From a virus (Duplodnaviria; Caudoviricetes), in the IMG/VR virus record IMGVR_UViG_3300005965_000101, positions 1 to 57,136 of that record: DNA of 57,136 nucleotides, one strand, 5' to 3'. The stretch's first letter is position 1, and each line of letters begins with the position of its first letter. The notes beneath the pieces were generated by a model, which searched no databases, was not told the DNA's origin, and saw only the letters and a list, made by a program, of their open reading frames with translations. Shown here piece by piece: positions 46,001 to 56,386 of the stretch. Made by a program: the position numbers and the translations under genes.

Positions 46001-49000
46001 GTACGCAAAAGCGATACTTCTTTTTGGATCGGTGAAAGTTTTTCCATCTCTTTCTCCATTTATTATTTCATTTAGCAAAAACACCATTTCTCTGGCGTGT
46101 CGCTCTAACCTGTTGTTCTTGTATAAATTATAGTTTTTAAAATATTTTTTGTTAATCTTGTAAATAAAATCATCAAGTTTTATTTGTAACGAATCCTGAT
46201 TAAATTGCCAAATGTGTGTTAATTCGTGTATTAAAGTATTTTGAATATCTTCGTTTGATAGCTTGTCAATGTTTATAGCAATCTCTTTATGGGTTTTCGA
46301 GGCAGCACCCTTTTTGGTATAAATATCTTTTTCTGTAAGTTTTTTAACTTTTATGTTTTTAAAATCCGCAAAAACATCTTTAATAACTGAATCTTGTACA
46401 ATTTCATCAACCGTAGCGGATTCAATTTCTCCATTTTTTAGTTTTTCAATAGCTTTTTTGTTTAAATAGACCTCTTTAGGCTTGCTGTATTCTTCACCTA
46501 TAGACAAATAAGTATTTTTTTTTCTAACAGTACTTTCTTTTATAGCCTCCTTGAACTCTTCCACAAAATCATCAAGCGGTTTTTTAGATGCCTGCTGTTT
46601 TTTGTACTGCTGTTCGTAATCAGCAAGTTTTTTCTTTTTTGTTTCCTCCAAATTTTCTTCCTGTTTTTTAAGGCTTTCAAGCTCTTGGTCAATATCCTCA
46701 ATAAGCTTTTCCTGTTTTTTGATATCAATATCAAGTCTTTTTAAAATGGAATCTAAACCTTTTAACCGCTTTTCTGTTTTTTTAAGCTCTTTTTTATTTG
46801 CCTGAAGCCTTTTTTCAAGCCTGTTAAATTCCATTTCATCTTCAGGAGAAAGTTTTGATTTTTGCTCTTGGAATTTTTCCACTTCGCTTTTGTACCATTT
46901 TTTAGAATCTTCTGCCTTTTCGTACTCATTGGCATAATATTCAATAGTTTCTTTTCTTCCTTCCAGTTCAGCTTTTCTGTTTGAAATACTCTGTCTTTCA
47001 ATACTTTCAAACATTTTTACTTTTTTATCAGGAAGAGAAATCATATTTAATTTTTCTTCAGCAGTGTTCAGCTCTCCTGTGTCAATGTATTCTTTATTCT
47101 CGTCCATTATGTTGTTAATTCTTGACGTTTTTTCATCAAGTTTCTGGAACATAAAGGGATCTGAAGAATTTTTTAACAAAGGTGTTACTATTCTTACTTT
47201 TTCATAAGCGTTTCCCTGCCTCCAAACACGTCCTATTATTTGTATAAAATCAGTAGGGTTCCAGTCGATAAAAGGAATATAAAGCGCACTGGTGTTTTTG
47301 TTAAGGTTCATCCCTTCTTTAATTTTTTGTGTGCCTATAATAAGCTTTACTTTGCCTTTAGGGTCATTAAAAGAATCTGTGATTTCAGGTATTTTGTCGT
47401 CTTTAACCTGTGAAGAAATAACCGCCACTTCATCAGCCTTAAAGATTCCTTTATCCACAAAATATTGTTTTAATTTCGGAATAAATTTTAACCCAAGAGG
47501 GAAATATATAAGCTGTGAAGTTTGCGGATCTTGATTTTTCATTGTCTGTACTGTTTTGGCTACATATTCAAGTTTAGGCGAATTTTCCACAAACTCTTCA
47601 GGGGATACCTCAAGATTGTTTTCTGCTATGTCAGGAGATAATGTTGTTGCCCTTGCCTGGTTGATTTTTTTAAGGATGGCCCCGTCTTCATCAGAATTAA
47701 CCGCTTCTTCTTCAAATTTTGAAATTAAATCCAACTGCCCTTGGCTTGGCTCTAGTACTACTTTGTCAACAACTTTTTCCGGTCTTTGCACTCCTGCATC
47801 ATCAGCAGAACGAATAAGCATCGCAGATTTGATAAGGTTTCTTAAACTTCCCGCATTCTTAAACCCTTTAACCACCTGCGAATAAGCAACGTTATTATCG
47901 CTGTCCACAACCCAGTCCGCTGTCATATCAGCGTATGATTCCATAAACTGATAAACATTATATAAACCCATCTTGTCCAACTTATCCTTGGCGATAAAGG
48001 AAAGCATATTAAATACTTCCAGAGGGCTATTATTAAACGGTGTGGCAGTAGCCATAAACACATTTCTATTGTTGTTCTGTTTGAGAATATGCTGGACTAA
48101 AAGGAATAACCTCGCTGCCCTTGCAGAAGGATTGCCTCCCCTGCCAACACTCTGGTAAGCGTTATTATCCCTGCCGTGCGCTTTTGCCTGTCTGAACAGG
48201 TTTCTAAAATTATGAGCCTCATCAACAGTAATATGGTCAAAACCTAATTCGTTTATTGTGAATTGCTTTTTATTACCTTTTTCTGCAATCCCTATCATTT
48301 TCTCAATATCTTCTTTTAGCTGCTCCCTGCCTCTTTCTGTGGATGACTTATTGAAATCTGTACCAACCCTGAAAAGCTCGTCAATAAGTTCTCTTATCTG
48401 TCCGGTCCTGAAGGTTTCACCATCTTCTGTTTTATGCAATGTCTCGTCATACCACATATTGCCAAGAGCTTCATATGTGGCTACTGTAAGGGAGCCTTCT
48501 TTTATTTCCCCATTAAATTTAGATAAATTCCCTACGTCATTAACCTGCATATTAGGGAAAAGTTCTTTAATCTCTCTAATCCAGTTATCTTTTACCTGCT
48601 TGGGAACCAAAATAAGCGGCTTTTTACACCTGCCCATCTGCATGTTCTGAACGGTGGCGACAATAGAAGCTAAGGTTTTACCCACTCCGACCTCTGCACC
48701 AAACAAGCCCACCCCTGTATTAGTCATGAAATTAATAGCTTCTGTCTGGACATCAAGAAGATTTAAGGTTTTCTCGTAAAATTCTGAATTAAGTTCTTTA
48801 ACCATTAACGGGATTTTCTTAAAGTCAGGAACATATCTATTATTAAACTTTCTGTTCCACTCGCTTCTTAGCTTTTGCTTTTCCTCTCTGGTTAATTGAG
48901 TATTAATATAATCGTTAAAAAGTTTGTCAGCTGTATTTTTTATTTTTGTAAGTTTATCAACCTTTTGTGCTGCCTTTTGTTCTTCATTACCGTATGTTTT

Positions 49001-52000
49001 TACCTGTAATCTTCCCCCTCGAATATAATCATAAAGATCATAAGCTGAAACTCCGTTTCTTTCGCTAGCTGATACTTCATAGATATATTCTTTAAACCTT
49101 TCGGCAAGAGTATCCTGTTTGGTGAAGACCTCATTTTCCCCTTTGTAGTAATTATAAATTTCTGTTTTTGTTTCTCCAAAGGAAAACTCCTGGGTGAAAT
49201 CAGAAGTGGGGGTGAATTCTACCTCTGAAACCTCTTTGGGCTTTGGAAGGACTTCAGTTAATTTTTTCTTTTGCCATGATCTTTGTTCTTCAGAAATGTC
49301 CTCTTTTTCAAGCTGCTCAAGTTTTTCGTAAATATCACCCTGAAGATAATTAAAATCGTTATAAAGCTCGCCTTTGTATTGACTTACTGTCTTACTTGGG
49401 GAATATTTGTTTTTTGGCAGAGTTCCATCAACCTGCGTATCAGCCCATAGCTTATACTCCTCTTTGGAAATTTTTTGCTCAGGAACATAAGGAGTGTATT
49501 CAATTGTTTGTATATTGCTTTTTTCCGGGGTCGTTTTTTTCGCACTTGTTTTTTGCGGCTGTTGCTTCTGCTCCAGTTTTTTAGTTTCTAGCTTTGCTTT
49601 AACTGTTTCTCTGATATCTTTTTCAGAAGTGTCTATTTTTTCAACCGCTGTCTTGTCGCCTTTTACATAAGTTTCCTCTTTGCCGAACCTGTTCTTCCTG
49701 GTTTCAGTTTGCCCTAAGATTTTTTCAGGGCTTTCTTTAAACCAGTTATCATTAATAATTCTTTTTGAGAGGGTCAGGTCTTTTTCTTTCCTGAGAACAA
49801 TAATATCAGTACCTATGGTTGTGGTATCAAACATTTTTTCAGGAAGCCTGTAAGCGTCAACAAGTTTTGCCTGATTACTTATTTTCGCTTTAGTTGTACT
49901 ATAAGCCCCCTTTAGGAAAGAACTTGGAACAATATAAACAAGGATCCCGTTTTCTTTTAGTATATCCAGTCCACGCTTAATAAAATATTCCTCTATTTTA
50001 GCAATGCCCTGCCCTTCGCCCATTCCTTTATATCTGCCTGAATACTGCCCGTAAGGAGGGTTCCCGATAACAATGTCGTATTCAGGAGTTACATTTTTAA
50101 CCGGCCTGTTAACTTTGTTATCAATAAACTTTTCCTGAAATTCCCCGACGTTAACATCTATTCCGGGATATAAAAGCTCTGCTATTTTTGCGCTTACCGG
50201 GTTCATTTCATAAGAATCAAACTTTATTCCAGCCGGAGCATGTTCTACAAACCTTCCAATTCCAACACTTGGCTCAAGAGCTTTAGCCTCAGATGTTTCC
50301 ACATACTGCCTTACAATACCCCACATTTTTTTAACGACATTATCAGGAGTATAATATTCAGATAAAAGCCCTCTACCGCTTGCCCCCTGTTTTTCTAAGC
50401 CGCCTGCGCCAGAATATTTTTTAAGAAAATCTTTTATTTCTTTTGGGAGTTTGTCATATTTTTTGTATTCTTCAGAATTAACAAAATCCTCAATAGCCTT
50501 ATTGAGCTCAACCTGATTTTTATATTCTTTTTCAATTATTCCTCGGTGTTCGGAACGTATCCCGGTTCTGTCTGAAGGTCTGATTCCAGAAATGCCGCTG
50601 CCTGTGTCAATGTCAGGTTGTTTTTCTCCATCATTGGTTTGAGCATCTTCATCAGATATTCCGGGTTTCTTTCCTGAATCCTGCTCAGGTGCGGAAACTT
50701 GTCTTTGTCGAGTTTTTCCATATTCTATGCCCTCTGTTTTTTTATCATTATAACCGATGTTTTCTTGGTTTTCACTATTTTTACTTATATCCTCACGTTC
50801 AGCTTCCTGTTTCTTACTTGGTGGCACTGTTCCGACGATAATCTCTCCGACAGTTTCTTCTCGGTCTTGTTCTGACTTCTCCTTGTTAACGGCTGTATTA
50901 TTCTTAGCGGTTGACAGTTTATCTTCATTTATCTCCTCCATTAAATCGTTATAGACCAATCCCAAATTCTGTTTGTTTAAATTTCCGCCATCAAGAAAAT
51001 GTCTGTAAAGCTCAAGGGAATCTTTGTCTGAAAAATCTTCTGCCAATTTTTCTGCAAGTTTAGTTTTAGACTCTCTCTCTAAGTCAATAATAGAATTCTG
51101 CTTGTCAGAGTTTTTTAACCTTGTTATTAATTTTTCATCTTGTTTTAACAGGTCAATAAGTTGTTGGTTTTTGTCGCTTACATCACTCTCGCTGGGTTGT
51201 ACTTTATTCTGCGTTTTCTCATTCTGAATACTTGGAACTCCTTGAACGACATTATCTCCACCTCGTTCGTTTTCTTGTTCTTGCGAAGTCTTGCTATTGG
51301 GTCTTTGTAACTGGGGTTCGGCCTGAACGCCTGATACATTCTTACTCTTGTCTTTGTCATTTTTTCTTTCCCTCGCTAAATTTTCAATATCTTGATCTGA
51401 AACATTTTGGTCATTAAGCAACCCTATTAATTCATCATCAGGAATTACGTCTGAATATGGATTACTTTCAATAGACTCTATCTCCGCACCCTTCTGTGCC
51501 GTCTCATCAATAACAACATCCTGCTCTTGAAAATCATCCATTTCAGGCTGTATAGCATCCTGTACACTTTTAAGCGTTTTTTCACTTCCATAATTAAATT
51601 CAGGTATTTCCGCTGGTACTGGATTAACTCGCTGCCTGTTTTTATAGAAATTCCTAAGGCCAGAAAAACCAACCTGCTTAAGTTCATTCCTGAATTCTTC
51701 ATATTCAGACTCACTTAATTCCCCCTTTAAATAGTCCCTCCACCCTGGGTATGTATTAAACTGGTTTGCATTTTCAGCATATAGCCTGTATTCATCAGGA
51801 ATACGTTTTCTTTGCGGCTTGCCCTTTACCGGAACATACTCTACCCCCTCATCTGGAGGGCTGTCGATAAATTGATTTTCTAAATAAACACCGTCAGACG
51901 GAGCAGGTTTTTTAAAATTCTTCTGGTTCTGCACCTGTTCAAGGCTGACAGTTTCACTAGAGTAGAAAGTGTCGAGAGCATCTCTGGCGAATAACTCCTC

Positions 52001-53344
52001 TTCAACCCAGATTAAATCCTCAAGCAGGGCTTTGTCTGATTCTTCGACTGTGCCTTCTGTTAAAGATTTTCTTAGTTCCCCTACATTTCCGTATTTATTG
52101 TCTATATGGCTTTTAATATTGTTTCTTTCTTCATTAAGAAGGTCAATTTCAGACTGTTCCTGCTCAAGCTGTTGTTTTAGTTTCTCGGATTCTTCAAGTC
52201 CGGCATATTCCTGCTCTTCTATAATATTATCAACAGTATTAGGACTTTTATCCTGGTCATAGGGATCCTGAACAACATCTTCAATATTTAAACCTTTTGT
52301 CTGTGCCTGCGGTTTTTGGTACTGCGCCCGTGGTAGCCTTTCAATCTCTTTTTCCTGAAATTCTTTAGTAGGTGTTTGTGCTTCAGTTAAAACATGTCCG
52401 CCTGCGCCTAATCCTAAACCTGCTAAAAACCCAGCGGCAGCCGATGAAGGAACACCATTTATGGGGCTTGTCTCAATCCCGGCTATTTTATCAACAATAT
52501 TAGCAGTTATTTGCTGGGCAGATTCTTCTAAAGATTCTTCGCCAGCAGTTTTAAAACTGCCGCCAAGGATAGAAAATCCTTTTTGAATCAAAGTTTTAAC
52601 TTCTGTTTTTGCCATTTCTTTTGTGGCTTCACTAGTGAAAAGTTTTTTAAACACAGGGACAGCACCCATAATATTTTCTAGTTTTCCTGATATAATACCT
52701 TCTCCTATTGCTAAAGGAGCGGCTTTCTCAGGCTCAATTCCATGTTCGCTAACAAGTCTGTTATATGATTCTCCTGCCAGCTGAGGATATAAAGAGACTC
52801 CCCCACTTGCGCCAGCAGCTAAAACCATAGGAAGGTTTTCTGTTGTGTACTTGCCTATAGTGGGAAATATAGAACCAGGTTTATCCAAGAAAGCTTGTCC
52901 TGCTTTCCCTAAATTCCCCTGTGCTATCTGCTCAGCAATTTCAGTATTAGGGGTTTCAAGGTGTTTATTTTTTGCCAATTCTGATAGTTGGTTTCCTGCC
53001 ATCTCTGTAATGGCAGGTCCTTCAGGTGCCAGAGGGTTAATTTTATTAAGGGCTGTTATCCCTTGAAGAAGCCCACTTCCAGTGTTTAAGGCTCCACGAG
53101 TAAAGTCTTTTGTTGTATTAGCAATAGTGTTAGTTACTGGATTTTCATAGGTGGAGACTGCAAGTTTTTCTACAGGGTTTAAATTTGCGTACGGGTCAAC
53201 AGGCTGCTTAACTTGTTGTGGTTCATAGTCATCAGAAAACTTTGTATCTGCAAATAAATCGAAATCCTTTTCGGATTTCTTTTTCTTTTTTTTATTAGAG
53301 CTTGCTTCAAACTCCGTGCCATCAAACAAATCGAATTCTGCCAT
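43088..53344 (-). CDS. Giant polyvalent protein: N6-adenine methyltransferase + SNF2 helicase + zincin motif (DarB-like, probably ejected from the virion)
   Basis: YSGAGG, EYYTP, LEPSVGIGRF, NPPY (50062-50051); EVGVGKT, DEAH (48223-48212), TATP, QIIGRVWRQGN; HELTH (46228-46214). Confidence 0.88.
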   Translation of the reverse strand: MAEFDLFDGTEFEASSNKKKKKKSEKDFDLFADTKFSDDYEPQQVKQPVDPYANLNPVEKLAVSTYENPVTNTIANTTKDFTRGALNTGSGLLQGITALNKINPLAPEGPAITEMAGNQLSELAKNKHLETPNTEIAEQIAQGNLGKAGQAFLDKPGSIFPTIGKYTTENLPMVLAAGASGGVSLYPQLAGESYNRLVSEHGIEPEKAAPLAIGEGIISGKLENIMGAVPVFKKLFTSEATKEMAKTEVKTLIQKGFSILGGSFKTAGEESLEESAQQITANIVDKIAGIETSPINGVPSSAAAGFLAGLGLGAGGHVLTEAQTPTKEFQEKEIERLPRAQYQKPQAQTKGLNIEDVVQDPYDQDKSPNTVDNIIEEQEYAGLEESEKLKQQLEQEQSEIDLLNEERNNIKSHIDNKYGNVGELRKSLTEGTVEESDKALLEDLIWVEEELFARDALDTFYSSETVSLEQVQNQKNFKKPAPSDGVYLENQFIDSPPDEGVEYVPVKGKPQRKRIPDEYRLYAENANQFNTYPGWRDYLKGELSESEYEEFRNELKQVGFSGLRNFYKNRQRVNPVPAEIPEFNYGSEKTLKSVQDAIQPEMDDFQEQDVVIDETAQKGAEIESIESNPYSDVIPDDELIGLLNDQNVSDQDIENLARERKNDKDKSKNVSGVQAEPQLQRPNSKTSQEQENERGGDNVVQGVPSIQNEKTQNKVQPSESDVSDKNQQLIDLLKQDEKLITRLKNSDKQNSIIDLERESKTKLAEKLAEDFSDKDSLELYRHFLDGGNLNKQNLGLVYNDLMEEINEDKLSTAKNNTAVNKEKSEQDREETVGEIIVGTVPPSKKQEAEREDISKNSENQENIGYNDKKTEGIEYGKTRQRQVSAPEQDSGKKPGISDEDAQTNDGEKQPDIDTGSGISGIRPSDRTGIRSEHRGIIEKEYKNQVELNKAIEDFVNSEEYKKYDKLPKEIKDFLKKYSGAGGLEKQGASGRGLLSEYYTPDNVVKKMWGIVRQYVETSEAKALEPSVGIGRFVEHAPAGIKFDSYEMNPVSAKIAELLYPGIDVNVGEFQEKFIDNKVNRPVKNVTPEYDIVIGNPPYGQYSGRYKGMGEGQGIAKIEEYFIKRGLDILKENGILVYIVPSSFLKGAYSTTKAKISNQAKLVDAYRLPEKMFDTTTIGTDIIVLRKEKDLTLSKRIINDNWFKESPEKILGQTETRKNRFGKEETYVKGDKTAVEKIDTSEKDIRETVKAKLETKKLEQKQQPQKTSAKKTTPEKSNIQTIEYTPYVPEQKISKEEYKLWADTQVDGTLPKNKYSPSKTVSQYKGELYNDFNYLQGDIYEKLEQLEKEDISEEQRSWQKKKLTEVLPKPKEVSEVEFTPTSDFTQEFSFGETKTEIYNYYKGENEVFTKQDTLAERFKEYIYEVSASERNGVSAYDLYDYIRGGRLQVKTYGNEEQKAAQKVDKLTKIKNTADKLFNDYINTQLTREEKQKLRSEWNRKFNNRYVPDFKKIPLMVKELNSEFYEKTLNLLDVQTEAINFMTNTGVGLFGAEVGVGKTLASIVATVQNMQMGRCKKPLILVPKQVKDNWIREIKELFPNMQVNDVGNLSKFNGEIKEGSLTVATYEALGNMWYDETLHKTEDGETFRTGQIRELIDELFRVGTDFNKSSTERGREQLKEDIEKMIGIAEKGNKKQFTINELGFDHITVDEAHNFRNLFRQAKAHGRDNNAYQSVGRGGNPSARAARLFLLVQHILKQNNNRNVFMATATPFNNSPLEVFNMLSFIAKDKLDKMGLYNVYQFMESYADMTADWVVDSDNNVAYSQVVKGFKNAGSLRNLIKSAMLIRSADDAGVQRPEKVVDKVVLEPSQGQLDLISKFEEEAVNSDEDGAILKKINQARATTLSPDIAENNLEVSPEEFVENSPKLEYVAKTVQTMKNQDPQTSQLIYFPLGLKFIPKLKQYFVDKGIFKADEVAVISSQVKDDKIPEITDSFNDPKGKVKLIIGTQKIKEGMNLNKNTSALYIPFIDWNPTDFIQIIGRVWRQGNAYEKVRIVTPLLKNSSDPFMFQKLDEKTSRINNIMDENKEYIDTGELNTAEEKLNMISLPDKKVKMFESIERQSISNRKAELEGRKETIEYYANEYEKAEDSKKWYKSEVEKFQEQKSKLSPEDEMEFNRLEKRLQANKKELKKTEKRLKGLDSILKRLDIDIKKQEKLIEDIDQELESLKKQEENLEETKKKKLADYEQQYKKQQASKKPLDDFVEEFKEAIKESTVRKKNTYLSIGEEYSKPKEVYLNKKAIEKLKNGEIESATVDEIVQDSVIKDVFADFKNIKVKKLTEKDIYTKKGAASKTHKEIAINIDKLSNEDIQNTLIHELTHIWQFNQDSLQIKLDDFIYKINKKYFKNYNLYKNNRLERHAREMVFLLNEIINGERDGKTFTDPKRSIAFAYNRSRHSLGERQRSEFNGRRGIQDSGKETSRDRRKRRGSIYIGEPSSWEEIKGRIVKTFNSAKEALAEFLKFSYNPGQYFIAKARGKAHIVKGQPQRQTGDDIYSQNINTQLDLEDANSLAARIKNSLIEFGKDSRLLYDRLFLPIDTRLHRISPMLQNKVRRFTFDLLQMTKKDDAVITPFLKKSKEMEMEDFLTFDLALKNGDVDKINEIVEKYGIQKEYNVVKGLLEELHDQAILAGIDVGFIDNYYPRMIKNNKLDAYLEYFEKLARQEEIDIKKQVLDPSEAKYSLIKKELKENDKYKNWNTEEKAKFINSKIRGFGKNNILLNRPGQLRSSRKIETLTPEMNLFYKPFTEALAHYVPTTRKSIEERQFFGGENENIRKLRNTLKQKKNTLYEVKKRTPGQAKGKEITRLNYEFYGLKAKLENNKNNPDEKIVEKIKERIEKMEKQIRYIKRAKPEKVKEIVLKRLVNDTRKTQEEIQEEILNNDEFNVENSIGAMVNNMVNEGVIYAKDERIVRELLLSKFNFGKVTGATAALRDLGYIGTLNDFGNTIVQFGDMGLAFYKNGFLDSVKGITERQKITREDLGLETIAEEFKTKTALSETVNKLFKIIGFDAIDSLGKNTLMNGYIAKAKRQAKLNSPELNKKLKTLFGKEAEQAKQDLINDKRTDRVLFLAFDSLADIQPITLDQLPEVYAKGGIYRLAYMLKTYTLKILDVVRRDVRMKITDGVKTKNKKLIVEGLKNLALLQFFMMLFGVPKDLVIDWLLGRDVDIPETVLDNILLFIVLNRYTIKKAGRDGIGSTFVDYVTPPTASMADTAVRDSKRIASGKANPKDVYFWNYIPVIGRPWYWRFGGGKTRAFKDKNSKRMHSAIDAYFKGDMKKYKKLKKEILDSGYYKDESTYLSTINGMITREINGELEKAAKDYLDGKMSQYNNKKKNVLEKYYNGNEDEYLADINNILDRMEEKEK

Positions 53345-53346
53345 TT

Positions 53347-54357
53347 TTATAAACCTGCTCTCCCTGTTTTCCTGCCGCTTTTAGAAATATCCAGTTCCTT
53401 CATAGGATCAACCCCGAATATTTCAATAAACTTTGCCCTGCCTGTTTCTATTTTTTCTTGACTTCCTTCTTGATAAGCTTGTAAAAACTGCGAAAGAGCT
53501 TTTCTGTAATTAGGCATATTCTCCGGCTTTTTAGCTTTAGCCTCTCCATATTTAGCAGGATTTTTCATCCTGTCCATTTCAAGGTTAGTTTTTTGGTTAA
53601 GCTTTTGTCGTCTGCCTATTAAAGAGTTTGTTCTTTCTTCAAAATCTTCTTCTCTAGCGATGTTGTGCCTTTTCTTTTCACTTGCGCCCATCCAGTCATT
53701 AAAAGACTGCCTCTGTTCATCGACAGGAATTGCGTTCAACTTGCCCAACTGTGAGAAATTAGGAGCCTGCTCAGGGGTAACATTATTTAAAACTCCGCCC
53801 ATTTGTCCCTGAGCTGCGGTTGCGTTAATATCCTTCAGGACATCTTTGTTGTAAATTCCCCTGGGATTTTCAGGGAGTTTAACCCCTAACTGTTCAGCTT
53901 TTTGTTTGGTGTATTCATCAGTTCCAATACTTTCAGCGTCTAATTCGTAAGAATTTAATATCTGCGCATTTCTTGTAGCCTGAGTAAGAATATCATCAGC
54001 CATTTGGGTGTAAAGCTTTAGATTCACGGCATCGGCTTCTTTTTTCCATTTATTCCTTGCCTGCTGAGATTTGTTCCATCCATAAGTCATGCCCGTAGCC
54101 ATACCCGCAAGAATAGTATCACCCCTGTTAAAGTCATCAGAAAACAATGCGCCTATTCCTGCGCCCATTGCTCCTGAAAGAAGGGTGTTAGCAATAGGGT
54201 GTTCTGCTTCTGCCGGTTGTTTAGGAGTACTAAACCCTGTCATTTTGCCAGCCTGATTATAAGCATCATAAACCTGTTGTGCAGGGTCTTTTGAATCCTG
54301 CAACTGCTTCGCCATTTGTTGATATGCCAGATTTCCTAAATTAGCCTCTTTAACCAT
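53347..54357 (-). CDS. Putative internal virion/ejection protein
   Basis: Gly/Ala hydrophobic segments near the N-terminus; adjacent to the giant protein. Confidence 0.5.
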   Translation of the reverse strand: MVKEANLGNLAYQQMAKQLQDSKDPAQQVYDAYNQAGKMTGFSTPKQPAEAEHPIANTLLSGAMGAGIGALFSDDFNRGDTILAGMATGMTYGWNKSQQARNKWKKEADAVNLKLYTQMADDILTQATRNAQILNSYELDAESIGTDEYTKQKAEQLGVKLPENPRGIYNKDVLKDINATAAQGQMGGVLNNVTPEQAPNFSQLGKLNAIPVDEQRQSFNDWMGASEKKRHNIAREEDFEERTNSLIGRRQKLNQKTNLEMDRMKNPAKYGEAKAKKPENMPNYRKALSQFLQAYQEGSQEKIETGRAKFIEIFGVDPMKELDISKSGRKTGRAGL

Positions 54358-54716
54358 TAATACATTCTTCCGCTTGTTCCACCGCCCATTAAACTACTCA
54401 GAAGCCCTAAACCTCCGCCAATATAACTTCCTGTCTTGCTGCCTTTATCCCCAAAAGCTCCGCCTATAAGAGAACCCAGTCCAGCACCCTGTAATCCTCC
54501 CCTAATGGAATTCCCGAAAGGCAGTTGTCCGATTATTCCGCCTAAAGGTCCGTAAGATTGTGGCATTTGTGGTGCAATACTGTTTTGCTCAGGAGAAATA
54601 ATCCCGTTAGACATCTGTCCTAACATGCCAAGCCCCATACCGACAGGGGTTCCACCTATGCCCTTATTCGTATTGTTCATCAGCATTCCTGCTCCGGTAT
54701 TGTTTAAAAAGTTCAT
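54357..54716 (-). CDS. Glycine-zipper-like small protein (putative ejection/membrane-active)
   Basis: GGLQGAGLGSLIGGAFG, GGGLGLLSSLMGG. Confidence 0.55.
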   Translation of the reverse strand: MNFLNNTGAGMLMNNTNKGIGGTPVGMGLGMLGQMSNGIISPEQNSIAPQMPQSYGPLGGIIGQLPFGNSIRGGLQGAGLGSLIGGAFGDKGSKTGSYIGGGLGLLSSLMGGGTSGRMY

Positions 54717-55576
54717 TTCTGACCTCCAAAATATTCAAATTTATGCGGTTCAATATAATTACATTTTTCAGACACATTCCTAACCATCTTCCCTGTTTTA
54801 GGGCATTTCACCATATCAGGGTTTCTTTTGCTTATGCAGTTAAAGCAGGTTTCAAAATAATCGGGGTTATAAGTCATATCCCTGTATTGACCACGGAATA
54901 TTTTTACACCTTCCATGCTTTTTGGCCTGTCTGCTTCACCCCTGTAATACCTATACTTATTCCACGGCAAATTGTTTTCGTTTGTGTATTTCCACAAATC
55001 TTCATCTGTCCAGTCTTTTAACGGGAATATCCAGTCCGGTGCATTATCGTTTTCCTGAATATAAGTATTAAGCTCGATGCTGTCATAAAAAACATCCGTG
55101 TCGCTTGACTTATGCCCGACAAAGCAACAATCCCAGGGGAAGGAAAACCTCCCCTTGGGCTTGAGTAAAATATCATTCAGGGCACATAGAAACGGACTGT
55201 CAGAAGACTGAGGAGTAATTATCCCTGTAGGAATAACATAAAACCTTATTAATTCAGGATTTAAACTACAATCGTGATAATTGACTATTTCTATTTCTTC
55301 GGTTTCATCATCAAGAAAGGTGGACTGAACTGCGCATTGGAAAGGAGGGAAGTCATAAACAGTTAAATCCCAGTCCTGAATAAGCTTGTTTGCAAATTCG
55401 TATTTCCTTGGAAAGAAAGGCTCTTTGTGAAAAACAACCGGAATATCTGAAAACTGTCTGATTAAATGCAAAAGAACAATAGAATCTTTTCCGAAAGAAC
55501 TGAAAACCACAGGGTTTTTATACTCCTGCAACCCCTGTTGTATTAATTCTTTTGTTTTTTCTATCTTTGCCTGCAT
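54713..55576 (-). CDS. PAPS-reductase-family (PP-loop) enzyme
   Basis: VVFSSFGKDSIVLLHL, VGHKSSD, FPLKDWTDEDLWKY, C-terminal CFNC...C...C. Confidence 0.8.
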   Translation of the reverse strand: MQAKIEKTKELIQQGLQEYKNPVVFSSFGKDSIVLLHLIRQFSDIPVVFHKEPFFPRKYEFANKLIQDWDLTVYDFPPFQCAVQSTFLDDETEEIEIVNYHDCSLNPELIRFYVIPTGIITPQSSDSPFLCALNDILLKPKGRFSFPWDCCFVGHKSSDTDVFYDSIELNTYIQENDNAPDWIFPLKDWTDEDLWKYTNENNLPWNKYRYYRGEADRPKSMEGVKIFRGQYRDMTYNPDYFETCFNCISKRNPDMVKCPKTGKMVRNVSEKCNYIEPHKFEYFGGQK

Positions 55577-56382
55577 TATAATAACGCTCCTACGCCTGTG
55601 ACCAGAGCACCGCCACCACTTGCTAACGCCCCTCCTGCGGCACCTAATCCTCCCATTAACGCACCACCTGCTCCAGCTGCCATTCCTCCAAGCGAACCAA
55701 GCCCGCCCATTATGGCTCCTCCCGCAGGAGCCATAATTCCCCCAAGTTTCCCTAATCCGCTCATTATCATAGGGGCTGCGGCAGAACCTAACTGTCCGGC
55801 AAATTGTCCCATAGCAGAGCCGCCTCCTCCGGCATAACCTCCCCCCATGCTTCCTAATGAGCCTAAGCCGCTAAAATTTGGGGACGGAACCGCCGCATTT
55901 CCTCCACCCCCTGAATAAGCATTAAGAAGGGCGATACCGGTATTAACATCATTATTATACAGTCCTACTCCTGTTTGTAAGGCTGTAAGAGCGTTTTGAT
56001 TGCGAAGGTCCTCATAATTGCTTTGTAAATTTGATTGCCTTGTTGCCTGATAAGATGACCCGAATTCTCTGTTTCCGGAAGAAGTATTGAATTCTTTTGA
56101 TGCCGCTTTGTACGCATCAGAATCAAGGTTGGAATTTAATCTTTTTTCAATTTCCTGTACATTAGGACTGTCAAAATTAATCCTTTCAAAATCAGGGAGC
56201 TCCCCCAGCATATCAGTAGCTTTAGGGATAGCAGTTTTTTTATATTCTGTCTGTAACGGAAGTAGTTTATGCCCTGCTTTCATATAAGGGAGTTGCGCCC
56301 TTGCGATCTGCATTTGAAGATCCATTGCCTGTTCTTGTTTGTCCTGAATTCTTCCTTCCCGTCCGCTTTTTGTTAATCCCAT
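55576..56382 (-). CDS. Gly-rich putative DNA-ejection (pilot) protein
   Basis: GSSYQA segment and long Gly/Ala/Met amphipathic C-terminal repeats (GGAIMGGLGSLGG). Confidence 0.55.
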   Translation of the reverse strand: MGLTKSGREGRIQDKQEQAMDLQMQIARAQLPYMKAGHKLLPLQTEYKKTAIPKATDMLGELPDFERINFDSPNVQEIEKRLNSNLDSDAYKAASKEFNTSSGNREFGSSYQATRQSNLQSNYEDLRNQNALTALQTGVGLYNNDVNTGIALLNAYSGGGGNAAVPSPNFSGLGSLGSMGGGYAGGGGSAMGQFAGQLGSAAAPMIMSGLGKLGGIMAPAGGAIMGGLGSLGGMAAGAGGALMGGLGAAGGALASGGGALVTGVGALL

Positions 56383-56386
56383 TTTA

